Origin: Amphiscolops sp. MND2022
Taxonomy: Eukaryota
Length of the DNA stretch: 64,000 nt
Direction: 5' to 3'
Assembly: GCA_964187785.1 (NCBI GenBank)
Contig: OZ076409.1
Span: 79,980,001-80,044,000 of the forward strand
Positions 34,701 through 48,400 of this stretch are shown piece by piece. How positions within the stretch are numbered: position 1 is the stretch's first letter; each line of letters starts with the position of its first letter. Below the pieces are notes generated by a model. That model did not search any database, had not been told where the DNA came from, and worked only from the letters and a program-made list of their open reading frames with translations. Position numbers and translations under genes: made by a program.

Positions 34701-37700
34701 TGAAAACATCAACGATATTACTATACGTCATCATAGTTGAGTAGCATCGGCAACAAACATCAAACAAATAACATAACACAACTATCTAAGGAATGTTCAT
34801 CACGGAATGCTGCCACGTGCCTGCGAATGTCGGCCGTTGCAACAAACGAGTAGCTTTAGCGTAAATCACGAAACAAAACACAACATGTCCTAAATCGGCC
34901 GTTGTTGTCGGACTTTAATTCATTCAGAGTGAATAGCCTAGTTAGTCCAAAGGACTGGTACTAAGAATTGGGTTGGTATGGGGGTACTAATTATTTCAAA
35001 GAACGTAAAAGCACTAATTATTAACTTCAGGTGTAAATAGAGAGCTTACATGACTATTGAGCACTACAACATTATTAACACAATAAGCTGCAACAATGAC
35101 TAAAGAAAAAGCCTAATCCGGCCATCTGCCTAGCATTCCAACTAATTAATGCACCATTAGGACAAACGGCCATATCCGGCCAATTGATTAGAACAGTATT
35201 ACATCATGAAATACTCGAATATGATTGGTTGGTACATTAGGCTCAAGTGACGCTCTCGGACTGAAAGCTACGTACACTCGAACTCGTTTCCTTTAAGCTG
35301 TTTAGTAGCTTGCGTTGAACTATAATTTACATTGAGCATTGTTATTTTACAACTTGCAACTTCACTTGTCTAATGTATTATTAACAGACTAATACACAGT
35401 GTATCATAATGAAAATGTAGTTGACCTAGGCAAACATAAATATTGAGAGTAAGTTTTAGAGTTTAACATAAACCTGTTTAAAACGTGGGTAGGGTTCCGG
35501 GTATAATCTCCTGACTGCCTGCTGAAGTCGTTATTAGAGTGCCATCACAGGCGGCAGCCTGCGACAGGTACCCTTTGGTGAGAAAATATTTTGAAAGAAA
35601 AGTCTCACAATGCCGAAAAAACTGAAAAAAGAGGGTTTATTCTCGCCCGGTGTTGTATGTTGCGGTGAAAAAAAGGAACAACCCTTTTGGTTAAGGTCCT
35701 TGGGCCAAATGGTCCAATTTGTAAGATACTTGACACTTTGAAGTCCTTTTGCTATTTTTGTGCCTTAGATATGGCGCCGACTTATGCCATTCCCGGCTTG
35801 ACTTCATACCGATTCTTATTTAACATTTCTCTATTAACACAGGAAACGATACTAATGACGACCTTCTTAAACATATATAGCAGGCGACTATCCTCAACTT
35901 CATTGATATTCGTTTCAAATATGAACCGATACAAAACTTGGAAAATATTAATATTAATATTTCATTATAATCCAACTTAAGTGTACTTCGATTCATGTTC
36001 ATGTTGAATAGTTGATGTACGCCAATCAAGTGCCAAATTATAAATTAAATTTAAATTAAGGAATTTTGCTTCCCAAGAAAAAAGGACACTCCTTACATGC
36101 ACCAGCATCAAACGTTTGTGAATGAACTTTCTTGACCTTTTTCTTTGTATCATAGCTGAACATGTCTTTAGCAGGGAAATCTGAAGCTTAAACGGATGTT
36201 TTTAGGTCATAATATTACGCTTCATGAGTCGCGCCTTCTACGACAACAAATCGATTTGGATCCATTAGAGGTCGGCCTCTAATTCGATTTATTATAAATG
36301 AAATAAAGCACGCCAAAATGTTTCCTGATGCCATATTTATTTTTGAAAAAATTCCTTGATATGAAACGTGAGCAAAATCAACGAGTAGTTCTTAGTCATT
36401 ATACAACGTTTTTTTCGTTTTTTGCTTTTGCTTCTATTTAAAACAACGTAATGCTTTTTTTCTTTGAACGAAAAAAAAAACGAAGAAGTTGACCGAACGG
36501 TTGAACTGCACACGTTCGTGTTGGATAAATAGCGTTTCCTTCTCTGCTCAAAAAATAAAAAGAAACGAACGCTCGGTTTTTTAATTGACAAAACAAGCCA
36601 CCGCAATGGTAAGCATGCGTGCTTGCGGTATAACGTGCATACCAGGCTTTCTCACCATCCGTTATAAAAGGAAATTCAACGTTCAAGCCATGTTTGTTTT
36701 ATCTATCAGCGTTCCATGGATAACTCGGAGCTGCGCTCGTCTATAAAGACATTTGCTGTTTTTGCAATCACATTACAAGTTGGCCGTCGTTTATAAACCA
36801 CATTTTTTCTCGAGAGCCTTTGCAAACATTTGCCTTCAAACTATACATCGGCATACCATATTTCGTGACCCAGGTTAACCTGACATGTAGTTCATACTAT
36901 GTTTACACTTACATGGAAACTATTAGACTTTAAAAATTTTAATGGCGATGTTAAAACTTTCATGTTTTCCATATATGATTATTGTATGGCCTTTATGTTT
37001 TCCATATGTCATAGTAAAACGTGCGTTACATAAAAACTATCAAATAGTAATAGTAATAGCCTCTGGTGGTATATGCTGAATGTGGTACCGGCGATCACGC
37101 CGTTTTGACATCCGGTATCAACAACGGATATATTTAAGGTCTTTGTTTAAACAAACTGTTTTTAAAAAGGTCAACCTCTTTGTCCCTGTGCTTTTATTTT
37201 TTATCGAGATCAATCATGAATAAGTCCGTATAATCTGCCTTGAATTGGTGGTTTTTGAAATTGTGTTTGAAAAACAACCAATAAGCTTATCAGGGTGTGC
37301 GGAAATCGAATAAATACCTACGCTGTGCTTTTTTATACATATTGTGCCATGTATGGAAGATATATATTCTATAAAAGAACCGTATGAAAACATAGTATGG
37401 CAAACATATTTTCCATAAACAAGTATCATCACTGTGGTTTACATAGAACCATAGTTTTTTATGGGCATTGTATGGCTCAAGAAAATGCATACATTACCCT
37501 TATGACATTGTATGATCTTCATGCTTATTCTATCCCGAGGAAGACTTGAAAAAATGTCAGAGTTGTGATATTTATTTTTTTCTCACAGTTCATTTCTACA
37601 TCCTCGACCGACTTTACCCCTTGGAAAATCAAGAAGAAAAAAGAATCCGAGCAAGTAGTAAAAGGTAAGCTGTCTTCGATATAAAGGTTGAAAATTCCAT

Positions 37701-39028
37701 TTCCTTTCTAATGAAATTTGATGCATTTTTTCAGATCTGATTTTAATTATCATCAAAATTTAAGTTTCTGGAATTGTTGTCGCAGTTATTGGATTTAAAA
37801 TAATTGAAATGAATAAATTTCCAAAGTTTCCTTCATATTGTGCTGTTTCGTGTTGTTTCTCGTATGTAAGAAACAAAACTGACATCAACTTTGTTTCCAA
37901 TTTTTTTCGGTTCTTGAATTATTCCTCATTTATTCCTTATTGCTCTTTTGCAACCTTGAGCCGGTGTGATCCATGAAGAGATTTAGTCGTGATAGTCTCT
38001 GGCGCAATGATTTTAAGCTGTTGTTTTTGATGGGAAAGTGTAGGTTGCTGAATAAATAGGCTTCAATACAGTCGCTGAGTGCGTGCGAAAAAAATGATTT
38101 TCTTAAAAACAACCCAACTTTTTCGGAAGTGTCATAAGTGTTTTTTTCCGCAAAGGAGAAAACCAAGATTGTGCTTATCAGCGCCTTTTCCAAGTTTGAA
38201 CACAAGTTTTTTTTAAAAAATCCGGAAATCTTTTTTAGTGTTTCGGACCGTTAAAAGGGTTTTTCATTGTTTTTTCTGGTACTCTTTTGTTTTTTGATTA
38301 CTTATCTTTCGAAAGCAGTGTCCAGGAAGTTTTTGTCCCAAGAAACGAAAATATTGCAAAACCATCAAGTTCTTAGTTCAAGATCGTATTTTCCTATGAT
38401 AAACCTTATTTGATGAGCAATCAGGAAGACGAAAAATTATTTCCCAAATATCCGGATTCGCCGCCGAAAAAAAGCTTACGGCCAACAATGATGAGTCGAG
38501 AGAAACCGAATCTGCTATGGCCACATTAGAAGCTAATTAGGATTAATTTGAATGATCTAACTCTGACACTATGTCTCCACCTTCACAACGCAAATAAAAA
38601 CGAAATTCAGATTTTTGATAATTCAAAGTTTATTCTCAGGCCGGTTCAAGGGAAATTAGCACTGGGAACCGAGAATGGCGGACCACCACAGTTTCACTTT
38701 CATCGATGGGTTCGGCGACTACAGCTCCACAGACCCAGATGACGAAATCCCCAAGTGAGTTCCTTTACATTGGCTTCAAATGTTGAATGCCGACTTTAAA
38801 ATTCCATGCATTTGCACCCAATGCCTCTGCAGTTTAGCGATGAGATCCCATTGAAGCACATCGATATTAAGTGCAGTCCTATGGATGGTTGCAGATGTCC
38901 ATTGATGGCTGTAGAAATTTCTAGTAACCGTCTGTGATGTGTTACGAATTGACTGGCGGACCATTTTGTTCCTCATTTTGAGCCCATCAATCGGATACAG
39001 TGAAACTTCAAGCCATTAATAGAGATCC

Positions 39029-39313
39029 CCTAGTCGAGATTGCTTGAACTTTTTACATGCTGCATGGAAACATGCAGGCTGATTTTTTTTACAAAACATG
39101 GAAAATTCCGGGAGCCTGTATGGAAACATTTTGTAGGATTACAATGCAGCTTCCACTATTTCAATTAAAACTGAAAACAAAGCTTGATAAAATTAAATCG
39201 AATCAGTGAAGTTTTGTTGCATGGACGTTTCTTTGAGAATTTTATAAAATCATGGAAAATTAGGTTGGTAACCTACAAAAACATGTAAAAAGTTCAAGCA
39301 GTTTCAACCAGGG
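39029..39313. mobile_element. MITE-like element with terminal inverted repeats
   Basis: ccctagtcgagattgcttgaactttttacatg mirrored by catgtaaaaagttcaagcagtttcaaccaggg. Confidence 0.75.
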
Positions 39314-39477
39314 TCTTGCTTGCAAGTCTTAAAAACGATTTGTTGAACTGATGATAAAAAGACATCATTTACCTTAATTTTCATTCAAATGGAAATGACA
39401 TATGTATTTTTTCTTCATGAAAGAAAAAGGTAATCACAGTGGTAGAATATTCTGTCAAATAACTTGGTACTTTTCAG

Positions 39478-42400
39478 CCTTAGAAACGTGTACCAAGAGA
39501 AGCCAGGGAAGATCCAGCCCCTGGACTACTCATTGTTTACTCCCAAACAACTCTATGACTCAGAAGATGACGTTTCCGTCTTAGAACTCAAGCCCGATAA
39601 AACATCCGGAGGTTGCTGTGGATACTTCCAAATTGTACGTTTCCAATTACCTTTCAAATTCGCATTAAATCAAAAACGTTTGCAGTACTCTATTTTCTTA
39701 GGAGCTGTGTCAAGATTTTATTGTCTTTTCTATTTTATGGCCTAAGTCCAGTCCTTGAATTCAAAGTCGACGATATTTTCAAAAGATTTTAAAATTGACA
39801 AAAAATAGCAATTTCAATAATAAAAAGTATTCTACGATTAGTTTCAAACAAATTTTTGATACCTTGAGTAAGCTTGATTATTATCGAAATTGTTGTTAAC
39901 GCAGCTGGAGCCTTCAATGAGCAATTTAGAATTTTGCAAATTCTGCAATAGTTTTTGGGACAAAAATTACTTTTTATATAAAAAGTAATTTTTGTTCCGC
40001 ATTATGTTCCGTACTATATTCTTCTCCGAATACTTCGAACTGTATTCTTCTGATTGTACATAAAATGGTCAATAAGTCTAGCAACCATTTATTTAATATC
40101 ACTAGCAGCAAGGTTTCGTACCAAACACGTGGCAGTTTTATGTTTACTTCTTTATTTCAGATGTACTGTACTTTTTTAGAACGTCTTTTCAGAATAATGT
40201 CCGATCAAAATGTCTGAATTTAAAATATCCGAGGTCAAAATCTCCTGTATTAAATACTTCTACGCTAAAACTTCCTACGTTAAAATCTCCTACCATAAAA
40301 GTTCCTACGTTGAATGTTCCTACGCTTAAATCTGCTAGGTTAAAATCTCTTAAAATATAGAATCGTGATCATATACCGATATTGCCCTAAATGTAGTTAA
40401 ATATAGTGGAGAAGTGAAGCGGAGCGACGTGCCAGACTGGTTTTGACGACAGCTGACCTGTAGGGGGTGAGCACCATGGTATGGGACCATGTATGGCGCC
40501 ATGCATAGAAGGAGCCCGTACCGACAAAATTTTGAATTCCAGGTCTGCCAAGGATTCCCAAGGACTGGTAAGGACTTGTCAAGTTCTGGACCAGTCTTTA
40601 CAAGTGCCACTTTCAGCCTTACAAGTCCTGGACCAGTCCTTACCAGTCCTGGGGAATCCTGGAGATACGCTGCCCAGGACTGGAACACAGAAAAAATCCA
40701 AAACCAATTCAGGGCTTATAAGGGCCAAATAGGTGCTAAATATAGTTGGAATAACTGTAATTGGGTGCGGGAAGAAGTTTTTTTCAGTATGTTACCTTAC
40801 GAAAATCGTGAAAAATAGTCTCTCTCGAATAATCATAAAATGATTTCGAAAATACTTGTTTTTTTATTAATTTCGCTGGGCAAACTGTCGAGAAAAAGTC
40901 GATACTGGCAGGGCTACCAACAAGCACCTGCATAAAAAAGCACCATTCACAATAATACATCAAATGAATGAGGTCAAAAACCATGTTGGATGTCTCTCGA
41001 AGTCCATCAAAAAAGCAGATCAGGACCTCGAAAATATCTGTTTTTATAGTCTTGGCTGGCCAAATGAGAAACAGTCAACACTGGCGGGGATACCAACAAG
41101 CACCTGCAAAAAAAGCACCATTCACAATAATACAGCAAATGAAGAAGGTCAAAAACCATGTTGGAAGTCTCTCGGACATCTATCAAAAAAGCAGATCAGG
41201 ACCTCGAAAAAATCTGTTTCTATAGTCTTGGCTGGCCAACTGAAAAACAGTCGACACTGGCAGGGCTACCAACAAGCAACTGCATTAAAAAAGCACCATT
41301 CACAATAATACATCAAATGAATGAGGTCAAAAACCATGTTGGATGTCTCTCGGACATCTATCAAAAAAGCAGATTAGGCATCGAAAATATCTGTTTTTAT
41401 AGTCTTGGTTGGTCGAATGAGAAACAGTCAACACTGGCGGGGCTACCAACAAGCACCTGCATAAAAAGCATAAAAAATAGATCTAATTTCCCTTCTGTAA
41501 AGAATAATTTCTGAAGGGAATAAGATCTAAAATCAATGCAAATTTAGATCTTATTCCCCTTCTCCAAAGAATAATTTCTGAAGGGAATAAGATCTAAAAT
41601 CAATCCATTTTAGATCTTATTCCCCTTCTCTGAATGGAATAAGATCTAAAATCATGATTTTAATCTTGCTCCCTTCAGAGAAGGGGAATAAGATCTAAAG
41701 AATAATTTCTGAAGGGAATAAGATCTAAAATCAATGCATTTTAGATCTTATTCCCCTTCTCTGAAAGGAATAAGATATAAAATTTCAGGGCCGAAATAAG
41801 ATCTAAAATCAATGCATTTTAGATCTTATTCTCCCTCTGTAAAGAATAATTTCTGAAGGGAATAAGATCTAAAATCAATGCATTTTAGATCTTATTCCCC
41901 TTCTCTAAAGAATAATTTCTGAAGGGAATAAGATCTAAAATCAATGCATTTTAGGTCTTATTCCCCTTCTCTGAATGGAAAAAGATCTAAAATCATGACT
42001 TTAATCTTGCTCCCTTCAGAGAAGGGAAATAAGATCTAAAGAATAATTTGTGAAGGGAATAAGATCTAAAATCAATGCATTTTAGATATTTTTCCCCTCA
42101 TCTGAAAGGAATAAGATCTGGAGGGAATAAGATCTAAAATTTCAGGATGGAAATTAATCTAAAATCAATGCATTTTGGGAAAACCCCAATTTCTATCATT
42201 ATATCCGGCACTATTGAGCCCAGACATAGTCTCGACTATGGGAATAGTACCGGAACACTTATTCTGACAATAACCCAGCCCTCATGGGGCATAATTGATA
42301 CGAAGTACACTTGATAGTGATAGGAAATACAAGCAACTAAGTTTTTCCTACTCAAATTCAAAATGGCCGCGCCCATTATGCAACTTCGAATTTTTCATCG

Positions 42401-45400
42401 AAGTTTCTCAAGGATTGCTAAGGACTGCACCAGGACTGGTAAGAACTTGGAATCCTTGAGTTGTCCTGGCAAGGACTTAAGTCCACTGGAGTGTCAGTAC
42501 GGGAGGAAGGCCGAGTCATACAACCAATGTTTTGATTTCATTTCATTTAGAAAATTTTGACATAGGAGATTTTGGCGTTTAAGATTTCAATTTGAGAGAT
42601 TTTAACTTAAGGGGAACTGAGAGGTAACCTTCTGAATCAGCAATAAGTGTGGTCTTTTTAGTTCAAGTTTGCCAGTTGTCTGGACATAATTCTGTTTGTG
42701 CTCGGATTGCTGTCTGCAATAGTCAACGGAAGCTGTTTGCCGGGTCTGGTATTCTTGTTCGGGGACACTATGGAGCAATTGTTGGTCCCATACCAGATCA
42801 AAGATGCAGGGGCTGTCCTTGCAGCTAACGTATCCGGTTCTGCCTTTGATCCAGCCATGATGGAGAGTTAGATAATTGCAATCAATTGAATGCTAACCTA
42901 TACTAAATACTTCCTTAAATCAAAAATTTTTGAGCTAATCTGGCTGCAAATTATCTTAAGATTTACGTACATCTTTTTCACCGTGAATAATGATTCTCAA
43001 AATCAATTAACCACAACTGGTTCGACTGAAACGTTGCTTGGATTTTGCGCCTCACATAAATTTCGATCTTCAAAATTTTGAAGATCACAAAAGTTTTATT
43101 AAAAATCACACGCCAAACTGATTTTTTACCCACTGAAAACGGTCCCGTTTCTCATGAAACGTGTAAACAGACAACCTCGGCAAGATGTCAATATCATGTG
43201 AAATTGGAATTGTCTATTGAACTATTTCTTTATTCTAGAGATGCAAGATGAGATGATGGGTCAGTTTAAAGGATCAATGAAAGACATTTGTATCAAGTTT
43301 GCTATTCTTGGAGTGGTCTGTTTCGTTTCATCATACTTTCAAGTGAGATTTAGTTGCAAAATTTTGATTGTTAGAAACACCCGTGCTGACAACCTAGGGT
43401 AACCCACCGGTGGCCACCGCACTTCCCATCGCAACCTCACCGGTGGCCACCGCGGTGGCCATGACACATTTTGTAGTGGCCAGGGGTGGACCACCGGTGG
43501 CCACCGGTGGGGAAAAATTTCATGTTGTATACAAAATATTGCAAAAATCGTGACGCGAACCTGTAGTAATTTTGTTGACACTCCAGCATTTACCTCTGCG
43601 CTATCAGCTTTTGTAATTTGATTGTTTTGCCTTAGCTATATTTGTTCTGCAGAACGCGTGCCTACATCGCGATTCGCGTAAACGAATTGTCTTAATTGCT
43701 GCAGAACTTCTTGAGTGCAGAAGTAAATTTTTGAAAATTTAAATAACCTTCGGATTCCATAATGAAATAATAATTTTCAATAATTTTCAATAATTTTCAA
43801 TATTTCACAATTCGTTTTTTTGAAAAAAATTCCACCAGTGACCACCGGTGGAGCACCGGTGACCACCGGTGGAAATAGTGACTGATTATCCAAAACTGCC
43901 TCCACCGGTGGTCACCGGTGGTCCACCGATGGCCAGTGGTGGGTTACCATGGGTTGTCAGTACGGGCAATGTGGGCGTTTCCATTTCATTCTTCGAAGTC
44001 CTTTTGTTTGATAGATAGCCCTGGTGACGATAGCGGGGGAGAATATTCTACACAGGGTGAGGAAGAGCAGTTTCAAGGCCATTCTCAGACAAGACATTGG
44101 CTGGTTTGATCAACAGCAGACGGGAAAATTGGTCACGCGGTTGACAGAGTGAGAATTTCATACAAATATTGCAACAATTTTTCGCAAAATCAAAATAAAT
44201 TAATTTTTTGTCTGACTTTTTACTTCAATTTCAGTGACATGGAGAAAATACGACAAGGTGTTTCTGACAAAGTGTCAATCTGCTGCCAACATAGTGCCAC
44301 TTTTGTGCTGTCTTACGTAATCGCTTTCATGTTTGGTCCAAAAATGGCGCTAATCATGTTCACAGTTTTCCCATTTCTCATCTTCTTCGGAGCAGGATAT
44401 GCAAAGGTTTGATAATCACTATTCGAAGCTTTGATGAAAAACAGAGCTATCTCTGTTTTTAAAAATGTGGAGGAAGACGTCTTTCAAAATCAAGAACTTC
44501 AGATGATCAAAAAGTTTTAGGCCTTAAAGTCTTAGAAGTTTTAAAGTCTTCATACTAAACAGTAATAGTTTTAAAAACAAAAAAAATTTTACCATCATTT
44601 TAATGCAGAATGAACACAATAAATAATGTTTTTCAAATTTAATAGCAGTAGTGCAAACTTCAGTGCAATCTCAGAAGCCACCGGAAGCTTTCTGAAGTTT
44701 CTATGTGTTATATTACAGTCGGACGTTGGAAATTTGCAAAACGACTTCCAAATTTGTTTTCCAAAACCAAATGGTTTCATCAATCTGGATCTCAATTAAG
44801 TAATTCCAAAAAAAGACAATCAAAATGAACAAAATAGACATTCAAAATTAGGGTACACTATTATCATACTACTCGAGAGATAGAAAGAAATGCTGCATCG
44901 CATAGCGGGGCAAACTTTCAATCCTCTTTACGAGCTGTATGCGAGCAGTGGTCCGCGGAGGGATGGCTAAAATGAATGCTTATTTAGAGAATTTAATCTT
45001 TCATCCGATTGGTTCGAGAATTTAGAATATCGTTATACAAATTTTCAGATTCCTACACTGTAAATTGCCCTGCATTCAATGTTCCAGCAGTCTCACCTAG
45101 TGAAACAAACTGCAGTTCTATTTTCTACTGTAGTTGGTTCATTTTCAATTCTACTGGGTCCACTCTTAAATTTGTTGAGCTACTGTCCTTCAATGTCTCT
45201 CAGGAAATCTGAGTAAGTAGCCTTCTGAATGTTTCATGTTTTTCCGTTTCAGTATACTCTGAGTGCTGCATCCGAAGAACAAGAAAAACATGGGGAAGCA
45301 GGAATTATTGCGCAACGAACTTTCTCAGCTATCCGAACGGTCGTCTCATTCGGAGGAGAGTACAAGGAAATGAAGAAGTATGTTGCAACTAATATTGATG

Positions 45401-48400
45401 GAGTACAGTAGGTTTTAAAATGAAGAGAAAGCGCCATGGTCCGCCATCCATGATTCATCCATGATTCGTGGCTCGCCATGGCATGGCCAATGACATGGGC
45501 AATGTATGGAAATCCATGAATCATGGTCTAAATCGGTCGAAGCATTGATCTAGATACCAACTAGAATAATTCTACATTATGTCTAAAATTGATCTAAAAG
45601 TACGCGTTTTATCGCAATTCCATCGAAAATCATCCCCAAAACCATCAAACTTTTGACTTTGAACGAAATTTTCACCATGGCTCATCATGGATGAATCATG
45701 AGTCAAAATCATGGATGATGATCCATGGGGCCATGCCCTGCCATGGGCCTTCCATGATTTTCCATGAAAACAGAAGTAATGCGTCGAAAAATCCATGAAC
45801 GAGCCATGACAGACAACTTAGGTTTTGCACTGAGACCACTTATTAGAGCAACAATGCTAAGGATTGAGTTGCATTAAGCTTTTTCAAACACAATTTTTCT
45901 ATATATAACAATATTCTTTTTCTTCTGTGAATAGAGAGACGCTTGGTATTCGAAAAAAAACCAAAAATGTTGATTTTCACGAGTGAGAACGGAAAATATC
46001 GCGGTATTAATTGGGCGGGTCTTTTTGTTTTATTTCATAACGAAGTTCGCCACGTGGCTACATTTGTTGCTTTTTCCAGTTATGGAAAGAAACTGAAAGA
46101 AGCCAAAAAACTGGAGTTCCTCCAGTGCTTCCTTGGTGGCTCTTTTTTCGGGGCACTGTATGGGGCTGTATACGTGACGTATGCAGTGGCTTTCTGGTGG
46201 GGTCCCAAGGAATTCCTCAAAGGCAACATGAAGATCATGGAGGTGTTCACAGTAATGTTCAGTGTGGTCTTTGGTTCTCTCAGTCTGGCACAGGCCGGTC
46301 CAGTGTTTGGTATAGTCACAGCTGGATCAGCTTCTTACCACTTCTTGAAATCCATCATGAACAGGGTTATTTTATTGAAGTAGTCCTAAACGGTTTAGTA
46401 TTTGCGTAGAAATAGTAGCCTCAGCACTTATAGATGAAAATGATCGAAGATGATGAAAACAATCATTTTTGGAAGTCCTAGCGTGCTTTTGGAGAAACAN
46501 NNNNNNNNNNNNNNNNNNNNNNNNNNNNNNNNNNNNNNNNNNNNNNNNNNNNNNNNNNNNNNNNNNNNNNNNNNNNNNNNNNNNNNNNNNNNNNNNNNNN
46601 NNNNNNNNNNNNNNNNNNNNNNNNNNNNNNNNNNNNNNNNNNNNNNNNNNNNNNNNNNNNNNNNNNNNNNNNNNNNNNNNNNNNNNNNNNNNNNNNNNNG
46701 GATGTATTGCATATCCTCCATGCCATCATTGGTTCATGCCAAGCCTTGTTGAGCGGACTCGTCATCCCTTGTCTCGCTCGTTGTCAGAAGATCATTCGAA
46801 GGCCATCAATGGCGAGCACCTGAGTGCCAAATTCTAGTAAGACTTCTCTTGCAATAACAGATTTCGCAAAGAGAACTCTTAGGTCAGAAAAGTCGCAAAA
46901 CAAAAGTTCCCCGAATTTTTCGAATTTCGTCCCGAATTTTGCCCCGAATTGTGCTCCGAATTTTCCCCGACAGTTTTGTGGAGTTTTCGTGCTTTGTTTC
47001 ATGGGAAACGGAGACAACTGAAACAAATTACCAAAAATCCCCGCCATTTTCAACCCAGAACCTCAAAACAGCGAGTCAGACAAAAATAATCTGATCAGAC
47101 CATTTTTTTTTGTCTGGTATTTTGTCTCATAAACAGGCTTAATTATTATCTGATCAGACTAGTTTTTGTCCTGTAAAGTGGCTGAAAAATTGTCTGATCA
47201 GACAATTTTTGTCTTATAAACAGGCAAAAACTTGTCAGATCAGACAAATTTCTTTGTCTGCTAAAATTGACCTTCTTGAGGTTTGATAGCAAAAAAGCAG
47301 GAGTGTATGGCATGCATTGAATGGCTCACACTGGCCTGCAGTCCTCTGCAGGCAGGCTGCAAACAGTAATGAAGGTTGGAGCAGCACTCTCTCCCCCGTG
47401 TTTGTCTGGCTTGATAACGCCTCGTGCATCCATGCTGGACCATGCAAAGTGGTGCATGCAAAAAAACGATTGGAGCAGATAAACCTTTTCGTTGTCAGAG
47501 AACATTTGCACCTGCTTGTAGCCCCCTCACGTCTAGAGATCCATGAAGATGAGTGCTTTGCACGATTTTGGGAACACCAGCCGCTGTAGTCCACCAATGG
47601 GAAGACTATCCATGCCCAATATGACTGGACGACCGGGGTGCTGGACAATGGAAATGAATGGAGGAAGTTCCGCGTCGTACCTCGCTTGCACCCCTTGCGT
47701 TCCCTTGTTTTGTACTTTGTTTAATAGGGGTGGAAACAGAAGGGCTTTTAGACTACCAGGGGAGGGCGGGGATCATTTCCATTGTACGGTGGAACCTTCG
47801 CCCGGTCATATTTGGTGTCGAGACCAGTAGTTCTGGGCTGCGAATATCCGCGTAATCCCTCAAGCTTATGAAGGTGACGTGAGGCGAGTAGTGTGTTGAT
47901 GTTTTGTATGTTGGTGTAGTTATATTTGAAAGTCTGCAGCAATGTAGGGTTTATTGTCAGCAAAGGCCTTCATTCGTAGAAAGTTTTTGTGAGTCAGAAG
48001 AGGGTGTCAGGCTTCCCAGAGAAATGGCTGACCTCCGGGGAGGTCCGGGGAACTTCCGGGGATGTCCGGGAAACTTCCGGGGAAGTCTGGGAAACTTCCG
48101 GGGAACCTCTGGATTGCTATTCAGTTCCACAGTGAGAGAACTTCCGGGGAAGTCGCCGCAAAATTCCCGGGGAAGTCCGGGGACTTTCCAGAAGCTCGGG
48201 GGAGCCTGACTCCCTCCCAGTGACTCGCCAAATTTCTCTCCAATTCATATCTCCAACGAGAAGGTCCTGTCATCATTCCTCACTCCTCATCATCCATAGT
48301 GCCCTTTCACTCATACTGTGCATTTCTCAGTTAACATTGTATTTTGGTTGAATCACGCACGCCTCAAAACTCCCTGAAACTTGCATGTGTAAAACTATCA

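Noticed and set aside
46428-46837. ORFs containing X runs
   Set aside because: Artefacts of the N gap.
47235-48209. Moderately GC-rich ORF cluster inside the ABCB intron
   Set aside because: Overlapping short frames on both strands with stops and no motif I can assign; possibly decayed TE sequence.
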